From Candidatus Micrarchaeota archaeon (GTDB taxonomy: Archaea; Micrarchaeota; Micrarchaeia; Anstonellales; Anstonellaceae): a DNA stretch of 64,000 nt. The translations under genes and the position numbers were made by a program. The notes under the pieces are model-generated. The model saw only the letters and a list, made by a program, of their open reading frames with translations, did no database searches and had not been told where the DNA came from. The DNA is taken from assembly GCA_026413965.1 (NCBI GenBank), contig JAOAJY010000001.1, positions 57,642 through 121,641 of the forward strand, in the 5' to 3' direction. The first letter of the stretch is position 1; every line of letters starts with the position of its first letter. Below, piece after piece: positions 9,382-19,480 of the stretch.

Positions 9382-10386
9382 ATGCGAGAGGCAGAGCTTT
9401 ACAGGAGGATGCCTGGGGACGCTGTCTCCTGCTTTTTGTGCCAGAGAAGATGCTACATAAAGGATGGGGAAATAGGGCTTTGCAGGGTGAGGAAAAATGT
9501 TGGCGGAAAGCTTTACTCGCTTAATTGGGGCAAGTGCGTTTCGTATGCAGTAGACCCTATTGAAAAAAAGCCCTTTTACCATTTTTTCCCAGGCTCCCAG
9601 GTTTTCTCGTTTGCCGCCCCAGGCTGCAACTTCAAATGCGAGCACTGCCAGAATTGGGAGATTTCCCAGCCTGTGGAGATTTTCGGGCAGGATTTGCCTC
9701 CTGAGAAGCTGGCGCAGATGTCCCTCCGCGCCAAAGCAGAGGGCATCGCCTACACCTACACTGAGCCGACCATATTTTTTGAGTATGCGAAAGACACCGC
9801 CAAGCTGGCACGGAAAAAAGGGCTTTACAATGTGTTTGTCAGCAACGGATACATGACTCCGGAGGCTATTGGGGAGATGGATTTCCTTGACGCAGCAAGG
9901 CTGGACTTGAAAGCCTTCACAGACAAGTTCTACAAAGAAGTTTGCGGAGGGGCATATCTTGAGCCTGTCTTGAAGTCAATAAGGCTGCTCCACAAGAAGA
10001 TGCATATTGAGATAATAACGCTTCTTATCCCCACCCTAAATGATTCTGAGGAGGAAATCCGCGCCCTTTCAAGGTGGGTAAGGGACCTTGACAGGGCAAT
10101 ACCTTTGCACTTCACAGGATATTACCCTGCCAACCGAATGACTTTGCCGCCCACACCGGTAAAAACTTTGGACAGGGCAAGGGAAATAGCCATGGAGGAG
10201 GGCCTGCTTTATGTATACACCGGCAATCGTCCAGGAGACCCCGGGGAGAACACCTACTGCCCAAAGTGCGGCTTCAAGTTGATTTTGAGGATGGGCATGC
10301 GGATGCTGGAGAACCGGCTGGTTGATGGCAACAAGTGCCCAAATTGCAGCCAGAGGATTCCAGGAGTATTTAGAAAAGGCCGATAG
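9382..10386 (+). CDS. amrS: AmmeMemoRadiSam system radical SAM enzyme
   Basis: DPIEKKPFYHF, GCNFKCEHCQNWEISQ, IAYTYTEP and a C-terminal NTYCPKCG. Confidence 0.9.
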   Translation: MREAELYRRMPGDAVSCFLCQRRCYIKDGEIGLCRVRKNVGGKLYSLNWGKCVSYAVDPIEKKPFYHFFPGSQVFSFAAPGCNFKCEHCQNWEISQPVEIFGQDLPPEKLAQMSLRAKAEGIAYTYTEPTIFFEYAKDTAKLARKKGLYNVFVSNGYMTPEAIGEMDFLDAARLDLKAFTDKFYKEVCGGAYLEPVLKSIRLLHKKMHIEIITLLIPTLNDSEEEIRALSRWVRDLDRAIPLHFTGYYPANRMTLPPTPVKTLDRAREIAMEEGLLYVYTGNRPGDPGENTYCPKCGFKLILRMGMRMLENRLVDGNKCPNCSQRIPGVFRKGR

Positions 10387-10387
10387 G

Positions 10388-11728
10388 CTAAACCCCAAGC
10401 TGGCGGAGATGCGCAATCCTCTTTTGCACAAGTGCGGGCGTGCCGATGTCTTTCCTGTGCCAGACTTTGCCTGATATCGCCAAGCAGGCTTCCTCTGCCA
10501 TCCTTTCGGCTTGGCTTATGCTGTCCGCAACCCCCACCAAGGCAATTGAGCGGCTGGATTGGGTATAAACCACCCCTTCTTTCTCATGAACCGAGGCGAA
10601 GAAAACTTTCGCCCCTGATTTCTTCAGCCTAGCATGGTCAAAGGAGAGGGGCTGGTTTGCTGTTGGCTTGCCGGGATAGCCTTCAGGCACCAGGTATTTG
10701 CAGACGGTTGCCTTGCTTTCAAATTCCGGGGCATTCCGGATTTTGCCGTCGGCCATCTGCTGAAAGATTGATAGAAGGTCGCTTTGCAAGACCGACAGGA
10801 CGTTCATGGCTTCTGGGTCTCCAAATCTGGAATTGAACTCAATCAGCCTCACTCCCTTGGCAGTTATCATGAACCCTCCGTAAAGAACGCCGACATAGCG
10901 CTCCCCTGTCTTTTTGCGGAAAGCCTCGATGGTCTTCTGCATGATTTCAATCGCCTGCTCATAGTGGGCTTTTTTGGCGAAAGGCAATAGCGCGCCTGCG
11001 TCGGAATAAGAGCCCATTCCGCCGGTGTTGGGTCCGACGTCCCCCTCATAAGCCCTCTTGTGGTCCTGCACCATAGGCATTCCATAAACCCTGCTTCCAT
11101 CCGAGAAAGCCTGAAGGGAGAATTCCTCGCCATCAAGCTTTTCCTCTACCACAATTGAGGAAAGCCCTGATGGCTTTGAGCGTAGAAGCTCTGAGGCGTA
11201 TTCTTTCGCCTCATTTGAATCTTTGAGCTGAAAGCCTGTGACTTTCACCCCTTTGCCTCCTGTAAGCCCAGCTGGCTTGACTGCCACCTGCCCTCCAAGA
11301 GAGTCTATGAATGAATGCGCTTCTTTCTCATCCTCAAAAATCCCGAATTTTGGCGAGCCTGGGATTTTGTAATCTTTCAGAAGCTGGCGGCAGTATGCCT
11401 TGTCCCATTCAAGCCTGGCTGCCTCTTTGGTTGGAGCTGCGCACTTTATCCCCTCTTCAAGCAAGGCGTCAGACACCCCTGCTGCAAGGACGGCATCTGG
11501 GGAGGGAAAAGCCAGCTCCACAGAGTGCTTTTTCGCAAAGGAAGCCACTTCTGATGGGGAGTGTATGTCGCCCATCTGCGCTTGTCCGCCTGATTTCTCC
11601 GCAAGCCCGACAATCCCAGGGTTGTTGGCTGATACAAAGGCAAACAGCTTGGCATTTGGGTTTTTGCACACCGCCTCTGCTATGGCATGCTCCCTTGCGC
11701 CATTGCCTACCAAAAGAAACCTTGCCAT
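10388..11728 (-). CDS. purD: Phosphoribosylamine-glycine ligase
   Basis: VGNGAREHA, GLTGGKGV, QDHKRAYEGDVGPNTGGMG and EFNSRFGDPE. Confidence 0.96.
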   Translation of the reverse strand: MARFLLVGNGAREHAIAEAVCKNPNAKLFAFVSANNPGIVGLAEKSGGQAQMGDIHSPSEVASFAKKHSVELAFPSPDAVLAAGVSDALLEEGIKCAAPTKEAARLEWDKAYCRQLLKDYKIPGSPKFGIFEDEKEAHSFIDSLGGQVAVKPAGLTGGKGVKVTGFQLKDSNEAKEYASELLRSKPSGLSSIVVEEKLDGEEFSLQAFSDGSRVYGMPMVQDHKRAYEGDVGPNTGGMGSYSDAGALLPFAKKAHYEQAIEIMQKTIEAFRKKTGERYVGVLYGGFMITAKGVRLIEFNSRFGDPEAMNVLSVLQSDLLSIFQQMADGKIRNAPEFESKATVCKYLVPEGYPGKPTANQPLSFDHARLKKSGAKVFFASVHEKEGVVYTQSSRSIALVGVADSISQAERMAEEACLAISGKVWHRKDIGTPALVQKRIAHLRQLGV

Positions 11729-11797
11729 ATCGACCACAGACGAAGATTTGCTGGGAGCCTTTATAACAGTTTTATTGGCAAAAAAAACGGTGGTAGG

Positions 11798-12760
11798 ATG
11801 CCGAAGATTCTTGTCATTGGCGCTGTTGGGCAGATAGGCACAGAGCTGACCATGGAGCTGCGCAAAAAATACGGAGGGGACAACGTGGTGGCAACCACCA
11901 GGAAATCGGATTTTCCCCCTTACATGCTGGAAAGCGGCCCATGCGAAAAGTGGGATGTGCGCAACAAGGACGACATACGCAAATCGGTGAAGGCAAACGG
12001 AATAGACTGCATATACCAGCTGGCATCTCTTCTTTCCGCAAGCGGAGAGAAAGACCCGAACGCGGCTTTCGAAATCAACCTTATTGGGCTGAAAAACACC
12101 ATAGATGTGGCTTTGGAGATGGGCGTGAAAAAGATGTTTTGGCCCAGCTCAATTGCCGCATTTGGCCCAACCACGCCGCGCGACAACACACCGCAAAGAA
12201 CAGTGCTTGAGCCGACCACAATGTATGGAGCCACGAAAGTGTCAGGAGAAACCCTCCTGAACTATTACAACACAAACTATGAGCGCTTTGGAATAGACAT
12301 AAGAAGCGTGCGCTACCCAGGAATAATATCATGGAAAGCCGAGCCTGGAGGCGGAACCACGGATTATGCAGTCGCCATATTTTATGAGGCTCTCAAAAAC
12401 GGAAAATACGAGTGCTATCTCAAGCCAGACACCGCGCTTCCGATGATGTACATGCCTGACGCTTTGCGAGGCACGATAGAGCTTATGGAGGCTCCACGAG
12501 AAAGGCTGACGGTGAAAAACAGCTACAATTTTGCGGCAATAAGCTTCACCCCAAAGGAGCTTGCCGAAGAGGTGGCAAGACTTTTGCCGGGATTCGCCTG
12601 CACCTACAAGCCGGATTTCAGGCAGAAAATAGCTGATTCCTGGCCACGCTCTATTGACGACAGCCAGGCAAGGCGCGACTGGGGATGGAAGCACCATTAC
12701 GACCTTCGCAAAATGTCAAAAGACATGGTGCAAAACCTCAAGAAGAAGCTTAGTCTTTGA
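11798..12760 (+). CDS. SDR-type L-threonine 3-dehydrogenase / NAD-dependent epimerase
   Basis: IGAVGQIG, LLSASGE, PSSIAAFG, YGATK and PGGGTTDYAV. Confidence 0.88.
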   Translation: MPKILVIGAVGQIGTELTMELRKKYGGDNVVATTRKSDFPPYMLESGPCEKWDVRNKDDIRKSVKANGIDCIYQLASLLSASGEKDPNAAFEINLIGLKNTIDVALEMGVKKMFWPSSIAAFGPTTPRDNTPQRTVLEPTTMYGATKVSGETLLNYYNTNYERFGIDIRSVRYPGIISWKAEPGGGTTDYAVAIFYEALKNGKYECYLKPDTALPMMYMPDALRGTIELMEAPRERLTVKNSYNFAAISFTPKELAEEVARLLPGFACTYKPDFRQKIADSWPRSIDDSQARRDWGWKHHYDLRKMSKDMVQNLKKKLSL

Positions 12761-12787
12761 AAAAGAAAAAAAATGAAAAGCAGGGCA

Positions 12788-13321
12788 TCATGCCCAGCCT
12801 AAAGCAGCTGCCACTTTTTCTGGAGACAGCGCCGCAGCCATGCCGGCAACTGCTCCGCTTATCACATAGGAGACTGCAATAAGGACAGCAGCCATCAGCA
12901 CTGCAACTGCCACATTGCCTTTCTTAAGCTCCTTGAACTCATCCAAGCCGACAGTTATCTTGTCAAGCACGCGGACTGCGATATAGATTGAGATTACTGA
13001 GAGTATTATGCCGATTATGAGGTTTGCGGCTCCGACAATGATTGCAGCCACCATTTGCACCAGCGACATGTTGGACTCTATGCTTTTTGTGAGCCCGACC
13101 ACGCCAGCCTGCACCACGTTGGCGATTGAGAAGACAATAGCGCCAAGCAGGATTGCGACTGCCACATTTCCTTTCCTAAGCTCAGCAAGCTCATCTATCC
13201 CTTCAGTCATCCTGTCAAACATCTTCAGCCCAAGATACACCGAGCCCATCGCCAAAGCCAGCCCAACCACAAGCTGCAGGAAAGCCATGGCTAAGCCTAA
13301 TACTACTGTCTCTATTCCCAT
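12788..13321 (-). CDS. DUF350 membrane protein (two internal repeats)
   Basis: Repeated motif D.(M/I)T.G.DE..EL.KGNVAVA and four hydrophobic helices. Confidence 0.8.
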   Translation of the reverse strand: MGIETVVLGLAMAFLQLVVGLALAMGSVYLGLKMFDRMTEGIDELAELRKGNVAVAILLGAIVFSIANVVQAGVVGLTKSIESNMSLVQMVAAIIVGAANLIIGIILSVISIYIAVRVLDKITVGLDEFKELKKGNVAVAVLMAAVLIAVSYVISGAVAGMAAALSPEKVAAALGWA

Positions 13322-13408
13322 AGAAACACCTCGGAAAAGCATCGCACTCAACCTTTAAATATTTTGCTTGGCAGCCTGGCTTAAAAACCAAGTGCGCAAA
13401 ATGATTGC

Positions 13409-14404
13409 ATGGCGAAGGCAAGGACCTATGCCTCTGCAGGGGTGGACATAAGAAAAGTCAAAAGCATGCATGAATCCCTGGCAGCTTCGTTTTTCTCCGA
13501 AATCCCGGATTTTGTCCTGCCAATCAAAGGCCACTATGCAGGGCTCTTCAAATCAGGCAGCCAGACTCTTGCCATACACTGCGACGGAGTAGGGAGCAAG
13601 ATATTGGTAGCAGACTGGCTGGGAAAATACGACACTGTGGGGATTGACTGTGTCGCAATGAACGTGAATGACATAATCTGCATTGGGGCAAAGCCCCTTG
13701 TCTTGGTGGATTACATTGCGCTTGCCAAAGAGGATGCGCTGCTTGTCCGGCAAATCATGAAAGGCTTGCAAGAGGGAGCAAGGCAGGCAAGATGCGCTAT
13801 AATAGGCGGGGAGACTGCCATATTGCCCGACATGATAAAAGGGGGCAAGCGCCCATTTGACCTTGCCGCCACCTGCGTGGGCGTGGTTGAAAAGAAGCCC
13901 TTGACTGGAGAGGAGATGAAGCCTCAGGACGCTGTTGTTGGGCTGGAAAGCAGCGGGCTGCACTCAAATGGCTACAGCCTCGCAAGAAGGCTGCTTGGAA
14001 AAAAGTGGTGGGGGGAGATGCTTGCCCCGACCAGGATATATGTGAAGCCAGTCTTGGAGATGCTTGAAGCCTGCCAAATACATGGGCTTGCGCACATAAC
14101 AGGAGGGGCGTTCTCCAAGCTCATGCGGATAGGCAATTTCGCAAATGTAGGCTTCAGGCTTGACCGCATGCCCAAGACTTGGGGCATAATGCGGGAGCTT
14201 GAGGAAAAGGTGAGGGATGACTATGAATTTCACCGCACATTCAACGCAGGAATCGGGATGTGCGTGGTTTGCCCCATGAAGCAGGCAGGCAGAGTCATCA
14301 GGATTGCTGGAAAGCACGGCATCAAAGCTTGGCTGATAGGCAAGGCGACAGATGAGCAGGATGTGGTTTTGGAGAAGGGAGGCAAGAAGATTTCCCTGCT
14401 TTGA
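13409..14404 (+). CDS. purM: Phosphoribosylformylglycinamidine cyclo-ligase (AIR synthetase)
   Basis: TYASAGVD, DGVGSK, GIDCVAMNVND, GGETA and SSGLHSNGYSL. Confidence 0.96.
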   Translation: MAKARTYASAGVDIRKVKSMHESLAASFFSEIPDFVLPIKGHYAGLFKSGSQTLAIHCDGVGSKILVADWLGKYDTVGIDCVAMNVNDIICIGAKPLVLVDYIALAKEDALLVRQIMKGLQEGARQARCAIIGGETAILPDMIKGGKRPFDLAATCVGVVEKKPLTGEEMKPQDAVVGLESSGLHSNGYSLARRLLGKKWWGEMLAPTRIYVKPVLEMLEACQIHGLAHITGGAFSKLMRIGNFANVGFRLDRMPKTWGIMRELEEKVRDDYEFHRTFNAGIGMCVVCPMKQAGRVIRIAGKHGIKAWLIGKATDEQDVVLEKGGKKISLL

Positions 14405-14407
14405 GGA

Positions 14408-14989
14408 TTAGATTCCTGCTGCTTTCGCAATCAGGAGAGCCCTGGCGCCATTAGCCATCATTTCTATTGCTATGGCAGTCAAAAACAGGCCCATTATCTT
14501 GGAGAGTATCTCCACGATTTTTTCATTCACTTTGGGAAGAAGGCAGGAGAAGATATAGAAAATGGCTCCAACTATGGCAAAGGCTGCTGAGACATCTGCC
14601 ACAATAGCCATCGGGCCGATGTCAAAAGCCTTGATGGTAAGGAATGAAATCACAGCAGGGCCTGTAAGAAGAGGAGTGGCTATGATTGCCACAAGGGAAT
14701 CCACCTCATTCACATCTTCCCGCGCAGGCTTTGGCCGGACTGTGTCCAGCCCCAAAAGGAAAAGCACCACCCCTCCTGCCAGGCGGAACGCGTCTACGCT
14801 CACCCCGTAAAGCTGGAAAAACTGAGGCCCGAAAAAAAGCACGAAAAGGGCAATGCCGTAAGCCACCACGGAAGCCTTTATGGCTATTGACCTCACATCC
14901 ATCTTTTTCTTGTAGGCTGCCATGAGGACAGGGAAAGAGGATAGCGGATTGAGCAGGGCGAACATCTGCATAATCAATGCTATATCCAC
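14408..14989 (-). CDS. MarC family membrane protein
   Basis: LLNPLSSFP, FRLAGGVVLF, PLLTGPA and KIMGLFL. Confidence 0.88.
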   Translation of the reverse strand: MDIALIMQMFALLNPLSSFPVLMAAYKKKMDVRSIAIKASVVAYGIALFVLFFGPQFFQLYGVSVDAFRLAGGVVLFLLGLDTVRPKPAREDVNEVDSLVAIIATPLLTGPAVISFLTIKAFDIGPMAIVADVSAAFAIVGAIFYIFSCLLPKVNEKIVEILSKIMGLFLTAIAIEMMANGARALLIAKAAGI

Positions 14990-15054
14990 AAAAGCACCTT
15001 TTTGAGGCTAAGCCTTTTCCTGCTGCACATTCGAATCTCAAAGTTAATAAAGGT

Positions 15055-16038
15055 TTAGAAGACCTGGTCTATTCTCCAATAGCCGTTTGGGGAAAGGCTG
15101 CCTGGCTTTTGCCTCTTGCCTCTTTTCCACTCCTGCAAGGCAGTGTAGGCAATCATTGCGCCATTGTCCGCATTCAGATCAGCTGGAGCGGCACCAAACC
15201 TTGCTCCATGCTCTTGGCATACCTCAGACAGCATGCTTCGGAAAAGATGGCTTTGGGCAACCCCGCCGCAGACCAGAACCTCCTTTTTTTTGGACAAGCA
15301 CAGCGCCCTCTCTGAAGCTTCGCATATTTCAGCAAACGCAGTCTCCATAAGCGAGCGGCATATGTCTTCGGTTTTTCTTTTCCCAATCTGCCGAAGCGCT
15401 GAGGTAAGCAGCCCTGCGAATGCGAAATTCATTCCCTTGACTGTGTAAGGAAGAGGGAAATATTCCCCTTTTTCCGCAAGCTTGGCAACCTCAGAGCCAT
15501 GCGGAGACTCAAGGCCTGCTTCCCTGGCGAACACATCAAACAAGTTCCCCAAGCCCATGTCCAAAGTCTCCCCAAGAACCACAAACCTTTGCCTGCCTTT
15601 TTTCCCTTCCACTATAAGCTGGGTGTTGGCTCCGCTCACATAAACATAAAGTGGGTCTTTCATCCCCAGCACCCCTTTGGAGACTTCAAGGTGGGCATGG
15701 CAGTGGTTGATGCCCAAGATTGGCTTTTTGTGCAAGGCGGACAGGTATTTGGCGGCTGCGCAGGAGACACGGAGACACTGCCCAATTCCTGGGCCTTGGG
15801 AAAAAGCAAACAGCCCCACTTGGCTAAGCTTTTTGCCTGATGAAACAAGCGCCTCTGACAAGACCTTCTTGAAATTCTCGGCATGATGGTCCGCGGCTTC
15901 CCGTGGGACGATGCCTTTGCCTTTTTGCGGGCGATAAGCCCGCTTGGCGTTGGCAAGAATCCGGATTTCTCCTGGCAAGCCCTCGCAAATCCCTACGCCT
16001 ATCGTGTGGGCAGTGCTTTCTATTCCAAGGCAGATCAT
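15055..16038 (-). CDS. kae1: tRNA t6A threonylcarbamoyltransferase Kae1
   Basis: LGIESTAHT, NHCHAHLE, YVSGANTQ, GETLD and DNGAMIA. Confidence 0.95.
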   Translation of the reverse strand: MICLGIESTAHTIGVGICEGLPGEIRILANAKRAYRPQKGKGIVPREAADHHAENFKKVLSEALVSSGKKLSQVGLFAFSQGPGIGQCLRVSCAAAKYLSALHKKPILGINHCHAHLEVSKGVLGMKDPLYVYVSGANTQLIVEGKKGRQRFVVLGETLDMGLGNLFDVFAREAGLESPHGSEVAKLAEKGEYFPLPYTVKGMNFAFAGLLTSALRQIGKRKTEDICRSLMETAFAEICEASERALCLSKKKEVLVCGGVAQSHLFRSMLSEVCQEHGARFGAAPADLNADNGAMIAYTALQEWKRGKRQKPGSLSPNGYWRIDQVF

Positions 16039-16703
16039 GCGAGCACCGAAATGGATATTGAAAGCAGATTAAAAGATGCATGGGAGATTATGGGCGGGAT
16101 GATGGAGCCTGACTTGGCAGAAAGCCAGCATAAGGCAAGCCCAAAGGCGAATGCGAAGGCCAGCTGGGCAAAGGAGCCATAGGAAATGTGCATGATGGAA
16201 AATACGGCAGAGGAGGCAGCCGCGCCAAGAAAATGCCTTGCCTCCGCGCTCTTGCGGATTGGCAAAGACTCAGACATTTTCCTGAAAAGATACCCTCTGA
16301 AAAACATCTCCTCGCCGATTGGGGAGAGAGAGACTGCGAAAATGATGGAGAGGATGGAGAGGGATTGGATTTTTTCCCTCACCTCAAAAGTATCAAGAAT
16401 GCCGAAGGCGTAAAGCAGGACTGAGCCAAGAAAGGAAATTGCGCAGAGAATGGCGAAGCCAGCAAGCCCTTGAAGCAAAAAGGGAAGAAGCTTACCGGAG
16501 TCAAGCTCAAGCCGCAGGTATGCGGCGCCTTGGCTGAGGCTTTTTCCCAAGGAGGAAAGCAGAAGGGAAAGGGAGAAAAAAAGCGCTCCGCTTGATATTA
16601 TTCTGGCTTCAGAGAAAGGCTGGGAAAAAAGCGCCACTGCTGCGGACAAAACGCAGGCTAAAAGCAGGGCTTCTTTTGCGCCATATGGCTCATTTTTTCT
16701 CAA
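16035..16703 (-). CDS. CPBP (CAAX/Abi) intramembrane metalloprotease
   Basis: [15 protein letters not shown] and SHASFN. Start placed at the in-frame TTG at 16703, because the track's longer ORF overlaps rps27ae. Confidence 0.85.
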   Translation of the reverse strand: MRKNEPYGAKEALLLACVLSAAVALFSQPFSEARIISSGALFFSLSLLLSSLGKSLSQGAAYLRLELDSGKLLPFLLQGLAGFAILCAISFLGSVLLYAFGILDTFEVREKIQSLSILSIIFAVSLSPIGEEMFFRGYLFRKMSESLPIRKSAEARHFLGAAASSAVFSIMHISYGSFAQLAFAFAFGLALCWLSAKSGSIIPPIISHASFNLLSISISVLA

Positions 16704-16833
16704 AGTAGCCGCACTTGCCACAGGCTCGCCTATCCTTGTGCTCTGCCAGACGCACCCCAGAGCCGCACTTCGGGCAGGGCTTGCGAGGAGCATAAGGTTT
16801 GATTTTCTTAGCTGGCTTTTTTTGCTCTGCCAT
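16690..16833 (-). CDS. rps27ae: 30S ribosomal protein S27ae (eS31), 47 aa
   Basis: Below the ORF-track cutoff. Translates to [47 protein letters not shown]; directly follows rps24e, the usual order. Confidence 0.95.
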   Translation of the reverse strand: MAEQKKPAKKIKPYAPRKPCPKCGSGVRLAEHKDRRACGKCGYFEKK

Positions 16834-16845
16834 TTCCCATCCCCC

Positions 16846-17163
16846 TCACTTTTGCGCCGGAGCCTTCTTGCCGGACTTCTTCTCCTTTTCCATCAGCCCG
16901 TCGCGAACCAAGAGGTGCTTCCGCTCAACTTCCATTGATTTTTTGTCCTTGTAAGCATGCGCAACCACTTTGCCCCTCTTGCTTCCGAATTGGCTTTTGG
17001 CAGAAACGACCACCAAAAGCTCTGGGGAAACTCCTGCCGCTGCGCATATTGCCTCCCTCAGCTGCTTTCTGGAGGGCATGCTTTTTTCAAAAGACACCTC
17101 GCACAAAATCTCATGGCGTCCAAGCGCCTTGTTCTCCTTCTTCCCAATCAAAGAAAGCTCCAT
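16846..17163 (-). CDS. rps24e: 30S ribosomal protein S24e
   Basis: KENKALGRHEI, PSRKQLR and SQFG...AHAY. Confidence 0.9.
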   Translation of the reverse strand: MELSLIGKKENKALGRHEILCEVSFEKSMPSRKQLREAICAAAGVSPELLVVVSAKSQFGSKRGKVVAHAYKDKKSMEVERKHLLVRDGLMEKEKKSGKKAPAQK

Positions 17164-17173
17164 GCCATCAACC

Positions 17174-17563
17174 TTAATGTATCCTTATTATCACTTTCTT
17201 GTCCATTGCGCACATAAGTTCAGCCTCTTTTCCTGCCGCCGCATCCTTCAAAAGCTCTGGCGGAATGGTAAGCTCAAACACCTCGTAGGTGTTGGTGTCC
17301 ATAAGCTGGGCAGTGTTGCCATTGACTGCGACCACCTGCGCAGTCTGCCTGTCAATGATTGGCACCTCCACATCGGCATCAGAAGGCACCAGAAGCTGCT
17401 TCTTTTGCCCGTCGAATATGCCTATGCCAGTAACCCTCATTTTAGCCGCCCCATGCTTTCCTGGCTTGGAGACATCTATGCTGACTATCCTGCACGGGAC
17501 GTCCTCAATTATGACGTATTTTCCCTCTTTCAAGTCCTTTGCTGATGAGAATATCTTGCTCAT
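17174..17563 (-). CDS. eif5a: Translation factor aIF-5A
   Basis: Hypusine loop SKPGKHGAAK; VEVPIIDR. Confidence 0.96.
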   Translation of the reverse strand: MSKIFSSAKDLKEGKYVIIEDVPCRIVSIDVSKPGKHGAAKMRVTGIGIFDGQKKQLLVPSDADVEVPIIDRQTAQVVAVNGNTAQLMDTNTYEVFELTIPPELLKDAAAGKEAELMCAMDKKVIIRIH

Positions 17564-17704
17564 TAAAACCACCTTTGAGAATGTGCCAGCTTAATTTGGT
17601 CAAATCATTTAAAAAGCCGACGCCGTGGCGGCAAGGCGCAATATTCCTTGTTTTTTATCTAATTACCACTATATTTTTAAACTGTTTGCGATAAAAGTGG
17701 TAAT

Positions 17705-17881
17705 ATGGATAAAGAAATGGGTGAAAAGAGCTTGGCATTTGAGATGAAAGGCAACCGCCTCAAGATTCTGATAGAGGATGCTCCGCCCTATGCCATTGTT
17801 GCAGGAAGGACTTATTTTGCCTTTGAGCTTCCCTCAGTTGTTGTTGGGGGAAAGAAGTATTTTGTTGAGGGCATATTCTAG
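17705..17881 (+). CDS. Putative small protein, 58 aa
   Basis: Manual ORF MDKEMGEKSLAFEMKGNRLKILIEDAPPYAIVAGRTYFAFELPSVVVGGKKYFVEGIF, with a TTTTTAAA TATA-like box about 25 nt upstream; fills the eif5a-pheT gap. Confidence 0.55.
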   Translation: MDKEMGEKSLAFEMKGNRLKILIEDAPPYAIVAGRTYFAFELPSVVVGGKKYFVEGIF

Positions 17882-17920
17882 CACTGCAAAGCTTTTAACA
17901 TTCTTATCCATATAAGCCTC

Positions 17921-19480
17921 ATGGCACAGCTTCAGATTGAGCTTGCAGATTTGCAGGAATTTGTGAAAATAGGCAAAAGAGAGGCAATTGAGACGCTTAC
18001 CCAGATGGGCTTTCCAGCAGAAGAAACTGCTGACGGCAAGCTTAATATTGAGGTCACCCCCAACCGCCCAGATGCCCTTTGCGTGGAAGGGCTCGCGCGC
18101 GCACTTAGGTGCTATCTTGGGGAAAAGCCCAAAGCCTACAAAGCAGGAAAGCCGAAGATAACAGTGGAGGTGGACAAAAGCGTCTTGCCTGTGCGACCTG
18201 CTTTTGGAGGCGCGGTGGTGCGCAAGCTGAAGATGACCGGCTCCCTTGTCCGCTCAATCATGCAGGTTCAGGAGAAATTGCATGAGACGCTTGGGAGAAA
18301 GAGGCGCAAGGTCGCAATCGGGATGCATGATTTGGGGGCAGTCCGACCGCCATTCAGATACTTTGCGTGCGGAAGGGGCGAAATCTCATTTGTTCCTCTG
18401 GATATGCAGGAGGAAATGACTCCTGGACAGATATTGTCTTTGCACCCCAAGGGAATCGCCTACTCCCACCTTGTGCAGGAAAAATGCCCCATGATAACTG
18501 ACCGGGACGGGAATGTCCTTTCTTTTCCGCCCATAATAAATGGGGAAAGGACCAAGCTTTCGGAAAAAACCGCTGACATTTTCATAGACACGACAGGGAC
18601 TTCTGGCGAGGCGGTGAGGCAAGCGGTGAATATAATCTGCGCCATGCTTGCAGACAGGGGAGGAGAGGTGGAGCAGATAAAAGTCAACGGAAAGGCCTAC
18701 CCAATCCTGCAGGAGGAAAAATGGGCTTTGCCCACGCGCCAAGCCGAAAGGCTGCTTGGAATAAAGCTGGGCGGCAGCAAAGCAGGCAGGCTTTTGGAGA
18801 GGATGGGGCATAGGGTGGAAGGAAAAAGCGTCTTTGTGCAAGGCTACCGCACAGACATCATCAGCAGCGTTGATTTGATAGAGGATATTGCCATTGCTTA
18901 TGGGTTCAACAGCTTCGAGCCCACCCTGCCTTCATTTTCCTCCATAGGCAGCCAGGCAGGCGAGCCGGAATACCACTCCATCCTTATCGGCTTGGGCTTT
19001 GAGGAGGCCGTGAGCTGGACCCTGTCCAACCGAAAGCTTGCAGCCAGGGCAAACCTGCGGTTGCAGCCATCAATTGAGATGGAAAACCCCTTGACAGAGG
19101 AATTCACCATTTTCAGGCAGGCGCTGCTTCCGAATTTGATGCAGATTCTTTCGGATGGGAAAAACGAGAAGCTTCCGATAAAGATTTATGAGATAGGGCC
19201 TGTGGCATCCGATAGGCTGGAGAAAAGAATGGCGTTTGCAATCATGCATCCCAAAGCCTCGTTCTCTGAAATCAAAGGAGCAGTCTGCGCTCTCTTTGGG
19301 ACGGCTGGAAAAGCCTTTGGAATCAAAGCTGAAAGCTACGGCCCATTCATAGCCGGAAGATGCGCTGCTGTTTATTTTGGGGAGAGGAAGATAGGGCATT
19401 TTGGGGAGATTTCCCCAGAGGTGCTGGCTGAATTTGGGCTGGAGCAGCCTGTTTGCGCAGCGGAATTTGAGCTTGCCTAA
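17921..19480 (+). CDS. pheT: Phenylalanine-tRNA ligase beta subunit
   Basis: IEVTPNRPD, QEKLHETLGRKRRKVAIGMHD, SFPPIING and YRTDI...DLIEDIAIAYG. Confidence 0.95.
   Translation: MAQLQIELADLQEFVKIGKREAIETLTQMGFPAEETADGKLNIEVTPNRPDALCVEGLARALRCYLGEKPKAYKAGKPKITVEVDKSVLPVRPAFGGAVVRKLKMTGSLVRSIMQVQEKLHETLGRKRRKVAIGMHDLGAVRPPFRYFACGRGEISFVPLDMQEEMTPGQILSLHPKGIAYSHLVQEKCPMITDRDGNVLSFPPIINGERTKLSEKTADIFIDTTGTSGEAVRQAVNIICAMLADRGGEVEQIKVNGKAYPILQEEKWALPTRQAERLLGIKLGGSKAGRLLERMGHRVEGKSVFVQGYRTDIISSVDLIEDIAIAYGFNSFEPTLPSFSSIGSQAGEPEYHSILIGLGFEEAVSWTLSNRKLAARANLRLQPSIEMENPLTEEFTIFRQALLPNLMQILSDGKNEKLPIKIYEIGPVASDRLEKRMAFAIMHPKASFSEIKGAVCALFGTAGKAFGIKAESYGPFIAGRCAAVYFGERKIGHFGEISPEVLAEFGLEQPVCAAEFELA

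Noticed and set aside
9382..10386. AmrS as part of a local three-gene AmmeMemoRadiSam system
   Set aside because: The AMMECR1 and Memo partners are not in the window, and dispersal of these genes is ordinary in archaea.
16704..16793. N-terminal extension of the CPBP protease in the ORF track
   Set aside because: This stretch is occupied by rps27ae in another frame.
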